From Oligoflexales bacterium (lineage in GTDB: Bacteria > Bdellovibrionota_B > Oligoflexia > Oligoflexales > RGVZ01), in contig JBIIGV010000014.1 in the NCBI GenBank assembly GCA_044236265.1, positions 1 through 39,795 of the forward strand: a stretch of DNA of 39,795 bases, in the 5' to 3' direction. The notes beneath the pieces are model-generated. The model did no database searches, was not told where the DNA came from, and saw only the letters and a list, made by a program, of their open reading frames with translations. The position numbers were made by a program, and so were the translations under genes. Of this stretch, positions 27,412-35,636 are shown piece after piece. Position 1 is the first letter of the stretch, and every line of letters begins with the position of its first letter.

Positions 27412-29256
27412 TCAGAGAACCTTAAGTGCCGTCAACAAAGCAACAACAATGCCCATGATGGATTCACCAGCAATGATGCCCGACGCCACGGGAACGATAT
27501 AGTCACTAGCTACCTTTGGCTTAAATTTCTCCAAAGCTAGAGCTATGAGGGCTCCGATAAACATGCCAAGTGAGTTGAAAAACGGAATGACCATTGACAA
27601 ACCTACACCCGTTGCAGATGGTACAAAACGCTTCACCTTGGACGGCGCATACGTTTCAATCAGTGGGAGCAAAATTCCCACAACACCACCGACCAAAATG
27701 CCTACTTGCGCAGTCGGGTGGAGCGCGTTCACACCTTTTGCTAACAGATCGGCCACGGCCTTCCAGCTTTGCGCTGCGGGTGCAGGCCATTGATCAGTAC
27801 CGAGTGATGCCGCATCGGGAACGAGTAGATAGAACGCTGGAACGACTACGAGCGTCCCTGCAAAAATCCCCAAAAACTGGGCGATAAATTGCCGACGTGG
27901 ATTAGCACCTAACAAATAACCACTCTTCAAATCAGTCAAAAGATCCGCTGACGATCCTGCAGCTCCAGCCGTCACAGCAGCTGTCATCAGGTTTGCGGAA
28001 ACATTTGCAGGAGCAAGAGCACCAAAGGAAAGCTGAGTTACCTTTCCCATGGCACCAATCGGTGTCACATCGGATTCGCCAGTGGCGCGGCAAGCCACAA
28101 TACCGAGGAAGAAGGTCAGGGCAACCGCGAGACAGCCCATCCAAACGCTTGTGTCAAAGTAAGTATAGAGAATCCAAACACAGCCGGCGCCTGATAGCAG
28201 GGTTCCCAACGCAAACCAATGCGACGGAACTTCAACAGCCGTCAGTGGATCATCGGTTGAAGATTTATTTCCAGAAAAAATCGACGTTAGCCCAGAAAAT
28301 GCTCGCAGAACCGTACGCCACTGCATGGCAAACGCCGTTAAACCGCTTGTCACCATCAAACTTGCGCCGGCCCACGTACTCCAGCCCACAATGGCGCGGT
28401 AACCAAGCTTTTCAGGGTTGATGGCTCCAAGCTCAACCATCCAAGGAGCAAGAATAAGATAATTGAGACAGGCTCCCAGCATGAGGGACCAAGCTACACG
28501 CCAGCCAATGATGGAGCCGGCGGCAATCATGATCGTGCTCATTTCAAAGCTGATCGTCCACTTGGACAAAGGAAAACCTCGGAGCACTCCCGGAATATCA
28601 ACGTGTCCGGGTATCGCAAACGGCCTTCCAGCATCGCGAAGCCATGCAACAAGAGCACCGATCGCGCCTGACACTCCTAAAGCTTTTGCCTTACGACTAG
28701 CCTCGGCACCTTTGGCGTGCAGACTCTTCAAGGTCTCTGCGGCCGCAATTCCACTCGGAAACTTCAGCTGTTCAATGTTGATCATTTGGCGTTTTAAAGG
28801 AATAGCCATAAACACGCCTAGAGCAGCCAAAAATAATGTCCACATCGCAAGGACCGGCCACGGCATGTGACTTCCCGTCACCATCAGATACGCAGCAATA
28901 GCAGACACCATCGTGCCGCCGGTCGAATATCCGGCAGACGATGCCGTGGACTGCATACAGTTATTTTCAAGGATACTCATTTCTGTTCTGAAAATGCCAG
29001 GGAGAAGAGTGTGTAAGGCTTTCCAAATCGCAAACGATAAAATACATGAAGTAATAGCTACCCCAAGACCCCAACCGGTTTTCAAACCGACATAAAGGTT
29101 TGAAAGCGACATAAAACCACCGAGCAGCGACCCCATCACCACCGCACGCACCGTTAATTGCGGCGTGCGATCGCCCTGGTAGACGTTATTGTACCAATCA
29201 AGCTCTGACTGATGAGCAACAGAACCATGATCTCGATCTGATCTCGACATATGCAT
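27412..29256 (-). CDS. OPT family oligopeptide transporter (YSL-like)
   Basis: QLTVRAV, NLYVGLKTGW, LENNCMQSTASSAG, LKFPSG.A.A, DLLTDLKSGYLLGANPR and SGIIAGES motifs. Confidence 0.95.
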   Translation of the reverse strand: MHMSRSDRDHGSVAHQSELDWYNNVYQGDRTPQLTVRAVVMGSLLGGFMSLSNLYVGLKTGWGLGVAITSCILSFAIWKALHTLLPGIFRTEMSILENNCMQSTASSAGYSTGGTMVSAIAAYLMVTGSHMPWPVLAMWTLFLAALGVFMAIPLKRQMINIEQLKFPSGIAAAETLKSLHAKGAEASRKAKALGVSGAIGALVAWLRDAGRPFAIPGHVDIPGVLRGFPLSKWTISFEMSTIMIAAGSIIGWRVAWSLMLGACLNYLILAPWMVELGAINPEKLGYRAIVGWSTWAGASLMVTSGLTAFAMQWRTVLRAFSGLTSIFSGNKSSTDDPLTAVEVPSHWFALGTLLSGAGCVWILYTYFDTSVWMGCLAVALTFFLGIVACRATGESDVTPIGAMGKVTQLSFGALAPANVSANLMTAAVTAGAAGSSADLLTDLKSGYLLGANPRRQFIAQFLGIFAGTLVVVPAFYLLVPDAASLGTDQWPAPAAQSWKAVADLLAKGVNALHPTAQVGILVGGVVGILLPLIETYAPSKVKRFVPSATGVGLSMVIPFFNSLGMFIGALIALALEKFKPKVASDYIVPVASGIIAGESIMGIVVALLTALKVL

Positions 29257-29280
29257 GCTGGGAACTCCCTGACTGCAGAC

Positions 29281-29312
29281 AAAAAAAATGAGGGCTCAAT
29301 TGAGCCCTCATT
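29281..29312 (-). terminator. Intrinsic terminator after the DHS-like gene
   Basis: Perfect palindrome AATGAGGGCTCAATTGAGCCCTCATT with a T8 run on the minus strand. Confidence 0.8.
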
Positions 29313-29354
29313 GGTATCACGACACAAACCAAAATCCACGCGGATTTTGCTCGT

Positions 29355-30320
29355 TTACCATCCCAAAATATAGGCAAACATCAACGGCGCCACAATTGAG
29401 GCGTCCGACTCTACGATAAAGCGCGGCGTATTGATCGAGAGTTTGCCCCACGTGATTTTCTCATTGGGGACAGCGCCAGAATAACTGCCGTAGCTAGTTG
29501 TCGAATCGCTGATTTGGCAGAAGTAACTCCATTTAGGAACATCCTTCTCCATATCCTGCTCGATCATGGGCACTACACAGATAGGGAAATCACCAGCGAT
29601 GCCGCCGCCAATTTGAAAGAAGCCGATACCAGTGTCGCCGCAGTTCTTAATGTAGTAATCACAGAGATAAATCATGTAATCGATACCACTTTTCAAAGCT
29701 GAGCGCTTGATCTTGCCCTCCATCACACGACCAGCGAAGATGTTTCCTGTTGTGGAGTCTTCCCACCCAGGAACAATAATCGGCAGATTCTTTTCACAGG
29801 CTGCTACAAGCCAGGAGTTTTTAGGGTCAATTTGGTAATACTGCTTAAGCAAACCACGACGGATGATTTGATACATGTATTCATGAGGGAAGTAGCTTTC
29901 GCCCTTGTCGGAAGCTTCCTGCCAAACCTGCATGATTGCGCCTTCAAGACGACGGATTGCTTCACCCTCGGGAATACAAGTATCGGTCACGCGGTTGAGG
30001 TGACGATCAAGCAGCGCTTGTTCAGCCTCATCACTCAAATTTCGGTAATTCGGAACTCGCTCATAAAACTCATGAGCAATCAGATTGTAGATGTCTTCTT
30101 CGAGGTTGGCGCCGGTACAGGAAATGGCGTGCACTTTGCCCTGACGGATCATTTCAGCAAGACTCAAACCAAGCTCAGCGGTACTCATGGCGCCGGCAAG
30201 AGTGACCATCATCTTTTGGCCTGACGCAATATGTGCGTTGTAAGCTCGCGCAGCGTCGCGAAGTGCCGCTGCGTTGAAGTGTCGATAATGATGCTCAATA
30301 AAGTTTGATATCGGTCCCAT
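29355..30320 (-). CDS. Deoxyhypusine synthase-like protein (bacterial DHS family, probably polyamine synthesis)
   Basis: HFNAA, TLAGAMSTAELG, CTGANLEED, SYGSYSGA.PNEKITWGK and ESDASIVAPL motifs; alternative TTG start at 30329. Confidence 0.93.
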   Translation of the reverse strand: MGPISNFIEHHYRHFNAAALRDAARAYNAHIASGQKMMVTLAGAMSTAELGLSLAEMIRQGKVHAISCTGANLEEDIYNLIAHEFYERVPNYRNLSDEAEQALLDRHLNRVTDTCIPEGEAIRRLEGAIMQVWQEASDKGESYFPHEYMYQIIRRGLLKQYYQIDPKNSWLVAACEKNLPIIVPGWEDSTTGNIFAGRVMEGKIKRSALKSGIDYMIYLCDYYIKNCGDTGIGFFQIGGGIAGDFPICVVPMIEQDMEKDVPKWSYFCQISDSTTSYGSYSGAVPNEKITWGKLSINTPRFIVESDASIVAPLMFAYILGW

Positions 30321-30434
30321 AGCTGGCAATGATCCCCGAAGATGTTAGTAATTACCAATAGATCTATAACTATATATACCCAGGCGGATACAATAGCCAG
30401 TCATTAAAAAGATCGGCAAGGTTGAAAAGACCCC

Positions 30435-31352
30435 TTAGGTCCCATCGTTTGGACTGCGACCCTCTTCGGCAAAATACTTCCCGACACGGTCCGTCAGCCA
30501 TTTGTGGACCCGCGAGAAGTCTCCAAAGCGGGTATTGCGCCCTTCGGCCCCTAAAAAGACCATCGCCACAGCAGAATTATCAACCAGGCGGTTAAGAACT
30601 GTGAAGCAGTAACGAGCAATATCCGTGTATCCGGTCTTTGCACCAATAACGTCCACACCCTTCCTGCCAATTAAAATATCGGTATTACCTAGCTGAAAAC
30701 GTTGAGCCCGGCCGTTTTTATAGCCAGTGATCACATCTTTTTTTGTCTGCATGATCTGGTTTAAGACTTCAAATCGTGACGCTTCCAAAATAACTTTTGT
30801 GAACTCACGAGCGGTCGAGACATTATACTTTGATAGGCCGTTAGGTTCTGTAAAACTTGTGTTTTTCAGACCTAACTCGATGGCTTTGCGATTCATATGC
30901 ATAGCAAATTCTTGAAGGATCATCCCACACGATTGCATCAAAGCCGGCATCGCACGGTTATCGCTGCGCATCAATGCCGCCTTTAACAGGTCCCGATTAG
31001 AGTAGCTCCAGTTCGTGGTTAGCCGACTTCTGTCCCCACCCTTAGCGAGCATCCTGTTTTCCGGAGACATCTGGTGAAGCGCATCTAAATCAACGTGACG
31101 ACATTGTTCCATAAAGACAATGGCACTCATCAGTTTTGAAAGGCTAGCCACGGGGCGAACGTCATCAGCCTGTTTCTCAAATAGGACCTGACCGACGGGA
31201 ACTGAAACAACAATGGCACTTGCGGAGGCTATACGAGGGGGCTTTTCATCAGACTGATTATTTTTGGCAATCGCCGTACAGGACAGACCCAAAAAGCTCA
31301 GGCCGCTCGCGAGTGTCATCAAAGATTTCATGGACTTGTTGCTTAGCATCAT
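30435..31352 (-). CDS. S11 family D-alanyl-D-alanine endo/carboxypeptidase (PbpG-like)
   Basis: SxxK (ASLSKLM), SxN (SDN) and KTG motifs, signal peptide; start at ATG 31352 after TAGGAG. Confidence 0.9.
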   Translation of the reverse strand: MMLSNKSMKSLMTLASGLSFLGLSCTAIAKNNQSDEKPPRIASASAIVVSVPVGQVLFEKQADDVRPVASLSKLMSAIVFMEQCRHVDLDALHQMSPENRMLAKGGDRSRLTTNWSYSNRDLLKAALMRSDNRAMPALMQSCGMILQEFAMHMNRKAIELGLKNTSFTEPNGLSKYNVSTAREFTKVILEASRFEVLNQIMQTKKDVITGYKNGRAQRFQLGNTDILIGRKGVDVIGAKTGYTDIARYCFTVLNRLVDNSAVAMVFLGAEGRNTRFGDFSRVHKWLTDRVGKYFAEEGRSPNDGT

Positions 31353-31383
31353 TGCTCCTAGCGTCTGGCCACCCATCCCTAGC

Positions 31384-31410
31384 TTATCGGCCAAACAGAA
31401 TTCTTCTTTA
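31384..31410 (-). promoter_or_regulatory. Consensus sigma28/FliA promoter for the S11 peptidase
   Basis: Minus strand reads TAAAGAAG-AATTCTGTTTG-GCCGATAA, a perfect TAAA-N15-GCCGATAA. Confidence 0.8.
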
Positions 31411-31436
31411 ATCATTCGACACGAGTATATTTCAGG

Positions 31437-32465
31437 TCATTTTCCCAGTTTTTCCTCTAGGTTACGAACTCTTTCATCAAGCTTTTGCAGACGCCTGACA
31501 GCTGCCACTTCTCGCCGCCATTGCCCCGCCGGAACTGCAGGAAAACCCATATATTCGCCTGGCTCCTTCAGCGACTTGGTCACGCCGGCCAACGCGCCAA
31601 TTGTCACACGGTCGCCTAACTCCACGTGGTTACTAACGCTTGTGGATCCTGCCAGGACGCACCACTCGCCAATTTTGGCGCTGCCTGCAATGAACGCTCC
31701 TCCACACATCATGGAGTGAGCACCCAGCTTAACATTGTGAGCTACGTGAACGCTGCTATCCAGCTTACAACCTTTGCTGATCAATGTCTCGCCCATTGCA
31801 GCGCGGTCAATGGTTGTTCCGGCGCCAATTTCAACATCGTCTTCAATACGGACAATGCCCACCTGAGGGATCTTCGCAATACTGCTAGCCCCGGGAGCAA
31901 ACCCAAAGCCGTCTGCACCGATCGTCGTATTCGCGTGAATTAAAACGCGATTTCCAATACGGCAACCGTCTTCAACAACAACGTTTGCACGTATGACGCA
32001 GGCATCTCCAACCGTTACCTGTCGCCCCAAAAAGACACCGGGAAATACAACGGTATTATCACCAACAACACAGCCTTCGCTGATATATGCGCCCGCGTAA
32101 ATCGTAACATTTGCTCCGATCTTGGCATCACTGGCTACGAAGGCGCGAGAATCAATGGTCCCAGACTCCGCGCGAACAGGCGCAAACATCTGAAAGGTTG
32201 TTGCAAATGCCCAGTAGGGATTGTCATGGATCAATTGCGGTCGCGAACAATCCGGGATTACGCTACCAACGATCACAGCACCCGCTTTTGTCGAGGACGC
32301 AAACTTCATATATTCCGGATTAATTAAAAAGGTAATCTCGTTGCTCGATGCTTTATCAACCGGCGCAATCCCTGAGATCACTATATCGTCGACGGCGCCG
32401 TCCGGACGATGAACCGAGCCACCGAGATTTTTTGCCAATGTCATCAAAGTCAATGTTTTCGACAC
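31437..32465 (-). CDS. lpxD: UDP-3-O-(3-hydroxyacyl)glucosamine N-acyltransferase
   Basis: Hexapeptide repeats, IGADGFGF, KIPQVG.V.IEDDVEIGA.TTIDR and VHVAHNV motifs. Confidence 0.96.
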   Translation of the reverse strand: MSKTLTLMTLAKNLGGSVHRPDGAVDDIVISGIAPVDKASSNEITFLINPEYMKFASSTKAGAVIVGSVIPDCSRPQLIHDNPYWAFATTFQMFAPVRAESGTIDSRAFVASDAKIGANVTIYAGAYISEGCVVGDNTVVFPGVFLGRQVTVGDACVIRANVVVEDGCRIGNRVLIHANTTIGADGFGFAPGASSIAKIPQVGIVRIEDDVEIGAGTTIDRAAMGETLISKGCKLDSSVHVAHNVKLGAHSMMCGGAFIAGSAKIGEWCVLAGSTSVSNHVELGDRVTIGALAGVTKSLKEPGEYMGFPAVPAGQWRREVAAVRRLQKLDERVRNLEEKLGK

Positions 32466-32500
32466 AGAACCATCATCCTTTCGTCTCTAAATCTACAAAC

Positions 32501-33886
32501 TCAACTTGGATTTGAAAATTGAGTGCACAGCTGACTTGCAAGTCCGATATAAGTTTCGGGCGTCCAAGTTTTCATACGTTTTTTTTCACTTTCTGGGATT
32601 TCGTTACAGGCATCAATGGCCGAGTGAATCATCTCCCGCGTCACAACAGGCGCCCCCCGGGTAGAGGCCTTCAAGCGCTCATAAGCATCAACGACTCCAT
32701 GGGTTCTCATCACTGTTTGCACAGGCTCAGCTAAAACTTCCCAAGCACCCTTTAGGTCACTAAGCATTCTCTCGGGGTTGGCCGCTACACGATCAAGGCC
32801 TTTCAACAAGCTTTTCCAAGCAAGTAGCGAGTGCCCAACTGCGGTGCCCGTGACGCGCAGCACGGTCGAATCAGACAGGTCTCTTTGCCACCGACTGATA
32901 GGCAATTTGTCGGCAAAATGTGCAAACAAACTTGCGGCGACCCCAAGGTTACCTTCAGCATTTTCAAAATAAATGGGATTAACCTTGTGCGGCATAGTCG
33001 ACGAACCAACTTCACCTGCAACGGCTTTTTGAGCAAAGTATCCCAGAGAAATATAGCCCCACATGTCCCGGCAGAAGTCTACGAGAATGGTGTTATAATG
33101 TTTAATGATCGTCATGAACTCTACGTAGGAATCATGGCTTTCGATTTGAGTCGTCAAGGGGTTCCAAGTAAGGCCTAGACGGCGGGTTACAAAATCTTGG
33201 CTAACGGCGACCCAGTCAACATCTGGGCAGGCCGCTAAATGCGCATTAAAATTGCCGACTGCTCCGTTAAATTTAGCTAAGACTTCCTGACGCGCTAATG
33301 CTCTCTGCTGCCTCGTTAGTCGCCAAACGGTAACCATCAACTCCTTGCCCATGGTTGTTGGTGAAGCCGTCTGTCCATGAGTTCTAGACAGCATAGGCTG
33401 ATCCTTTAGCTGAAGCGCCATCGACTGCAAGGAGGTTTGAATCTTTGTCATCCATGGTTTGCATACCGTCTCTCGAAGGTCGCGAAGCATAAGCGCATAA
33501 GCAATGTTATTGATATCTTCGCTCGTACAAGAGAAGTGAACATGCGATAGCACGGCATCGGACGCATCAAAGCGCCCCAGTTGCTCGCGCAGCCAGTATT
33601 CGACCGCCTTCACGTCATGATTGGTTTTCTTTTCAAGGTCTTTGACGGCTCGCACCGCCTCTGAGTTTACGCGCCCAGAGGCAATTTCGGACAAAAACTT
33701 CCTGGAAGATTCATTAATCGTAAAAAAGGCGGGAGTCATCTCTGCCATATGCAGCAACCACAACGCCTCTACCATGAGGCGGTAGCGAATCAACGCACCC
33801 TCGGAAACGATGTGACGAGCGTCCTCCAACTGATCAGCATAGCGTCCATCCAAAGCAGAAATTGCATAAATGGGGTCGATCGACAC
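32501..33886 (-). CDS. purB: Adenylosuccinate lyase
   Basis: ISALDGRY, TNHDVKAVEY, HF.CTSEDINN, RTHGQ and GSSTMPHKVNPI.FEN motifs. Confidence 0.97.
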   Translation of the reverse strand: MSIDPIYAISALDGRYADQLEDARHIVSEGALIRYRLMVEALWLLHMAEMTPAFFTINESSRKFLSEIASGRVNSEAVRAVKDLEKKTNHDVKAVEYWLREQLGRFDASDAVLSHVHFSCTSEDINNIAYALMLRDLRETVCKPWMTKIQTSLQSMALQLKDQPMLSRTHGQTASPTTMGKELMVTVWRLTRQQRALARQEVLAKFNGAVGNFNAHLAACPDVDWVAVSQDFVTRRLGLTWNPLTTQIESHDSYVEFMTIIKHYNTILVDFCRDMWGYISLGYFAQKAVAGEVGSSTMPHKVNPIYFENAEGNLGVAASLFAHFADKLPISRWQRDLSDSTVLRVTGTAVGHSLLAWKSLLKGLDRVAANPERMLSDLKGAWEVLAEPVQTVMRTHGVVDAYERLKASTRGAPVVTREMIHSAIDACNEIPESEKKRMKTWTPETYIGLASQLCTQFSNPS

Positions 33887-34150
33887 GCTTTTTTCTCCCC
33901 GTCAACCAACGACACAGACGATGATCTCTATTGAGCTTGTCTGACCTGGGTTGAGCTTTCGACTGTTTGAGGTCCAACAATAGTAAAAAACACCAAGGCA
34001 CTCGAGTGAAATTTTAATATTTTTTAATGTTTGCGATGCCATTGTTCTTTTTTATAAGAATTTAATATTTTAAACAGTATTCTATAAATCTGTGCAGACC
34101 ATCCGCGCGTTAAGAGATTAAAAATTTCCGTCCACAGACTGCGGAACGCC

Positions 34151-34179
34151 TTGAAATATCAGGGCCAGACATTTAAACC
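34151..34179 (+). promoter_or_regulatory. Putative sigma70 promoter of purA
   Basis: TTGAAA-N17-TAAACC. Confidence 0.45.
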
Positions 34180-34220
34180 TAAAGTTGATCGCAAAACTTC
34201 AGCTGAAAGGACTAATAACC

Positions 34221-35480
34221 ATGAGCCAGGTAACAGTGGTCGTTGGCGCCCAATGGGGTGACGAAGGAAAAGGTAAGTGGGTCGATGTCCTTGCAGAAAA
34301 GGCTGATGTCGTTGCTCGCTACCAAGGCGGTAACAACGCTGGACACACCATCTGGATTAACGGAACTAAATATGTGCTTCACCAGATTCCGAGCGGAGTT
34401 TTCCAAAAAGGACTCGTATCTGCAATGGCAGCAGGCGTAGTCATTCATCCCGTTGGCCTCGTCGGTGAAATCTCAAAAATGCAGAGCACAGTTGAAATTA
34501 CACCTGATAATCTGTGGATCAGCGCAAGAGCTCATGTGATTACACCTTGGCACATCCACCTCGACGGAGCCCGTGAGGCCAAGACTGCAAACCCGATCGG
34601 TACGACCAAACGGGGAATCGGACCAACTTACTCGGAAAAGGCTAGCCGTACTGGACTTCGCATGGGGCACTATGTGCTCGATGATGCAAGACTCGCCTGG
34701 GTGCGCGACATGATGGAGTCAGACGCTGAGTTTAAGACCCACTATGATGCCAACAAAACTACGTGGGATGAGTTTCATAACGCAGCAAAAAGCATACGAC
34801 CATTTGTGTGTGATGTTGAAACAAAACTTAGAAAAGCGATCACCGAGGGCAAACGACTTCTGTTGGAGGGAGCTCAAGGGACACTGCTTGACTTAGACCA
34901 CGGCACATATCCGTTCGTAACATCCAGCAGCACTGCAGCAGCTGGGGCTTGCAGCAGCATTGGACTTTCGCCAAAATCGATCACCAAGGTTTACGGTATA
35001 GCCAAGGCCTATGTCACGAGAGTTGGCAGCGGACCTTTTCCGACAGAACTTAACGATCAAATTGGCGCCGAAATAGCAAAACGCGGACATGAATTTGGAG
35101 CAACAACTGGCAGACCAAGGAGATGTGGTTGGTTTGATGCTGTCGCATTTCGCTATAGTGCTGCGGTCAATGGCTTTGACGGCGTCATCATCAACAAGAT
35201 GGATATTTTATCTGGATTCTCCGAGCTGAAGATTTGTGTCAAGTATAAGCACCCCGAGCTTGGCGAGATTGACGACTTTCCCTGGGACGCAGAAGTTCTT
35301 GAAAAATGTGAACCTGTCTACGTAACCCTGCCAGGATGGAAAGATGAAACTCCAAAATCTGGAAAAATAAGTGATTTGCCAAATAATGCCAGGCAGTATC
35401 TAGCGGCGATTGAGCGTTACACGGGAACCCGAATTCTCTGGGTAGGAACCGGCCCCGGACGCGATGAAATGCTTTCCTAA
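34221..35480 (+). CDS. purA: Adenylosuccinate synthetase
   Basis: GAQWGDEGKGK, GGNNAGHT, IGTTKRGIGP, EGAQG, GTYPFVTSS and EFGATTGRPRRCGW motifs; start at ATG 34221 after AAGGA. Confidence 0.97.
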   Translation: MSQVTVVVGAQWGDEGKGKWVDVLAEKADVVARYQGGNNAGHTIWINGTKYVLHQIPSGVFQKGLVSAMAAGVVIHPVGLVGEISKMQSTVEITPDNLWISARAHVITPWHIHLDGAREAKTANPIGTTKRGIGPTYSEKASRTGLRMGHYVLDDARLAWVRDMMESDAEFKTHYDANKTTWDEFHNAAKSIRPFVCDVETKLRKAITEGKRLLLEGAQGTLLDLDHGTYPFVTSSSTAAAGACSSIGLSPKSITKVYGIAKAYVTRVGSGPFPTELNDQIGAEIAKRGHEFGATTGRPRRCGWFDAVAFRYSAAVNGFDGVIINKMDILSGFSELKICVKYKHPELGEIDDFPWDAEVLEKCEPVYVTLPGWKDETPKSGKISDLPNNARQYLAAIERYTGTRILWVGTGPGRDEMLS

Positions 35481-35512
35481 TTTCAATCTTTTGTTTGTTT
35501 TCCTAAATACTC

Positions 35513-35549
35513 AAATCCCCCCAGATTGACTCTAGATCTGGGGGGATTT
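35513..35549 (+). terminator. Intrinsic terminator after purA
   Basis: AAATCCCCCCAGAT...ATCTGGGGGGATTT inverted repeat. Confidence 0.75.
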
Positions 35550-35585
35550 CTGTATATCGATGGCTAAGAGATCTACGCCAGATTT

Positions 35586-35612
35586 TAAGTTTTTTATGAC
35601 TCAATCCGAATC
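35586..35612 (+). promoter_or_regulatory. Putative sigma28/FliA-type promoter
   Basis: TAAGTTTT-N11-TCCGAATC, just after the purA terminator and before ORF 35637. Confidence 0.5.
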
Positions 35613-35636
35613 ATCTCTGTCAGTTACAACTCTAGG

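Noticed and set aside
33887..34220. Purine or ZTP riboswitch in the purB/purA intergenic region
   Set aside because: No conserved aptamer sequences are recognisable on either strand
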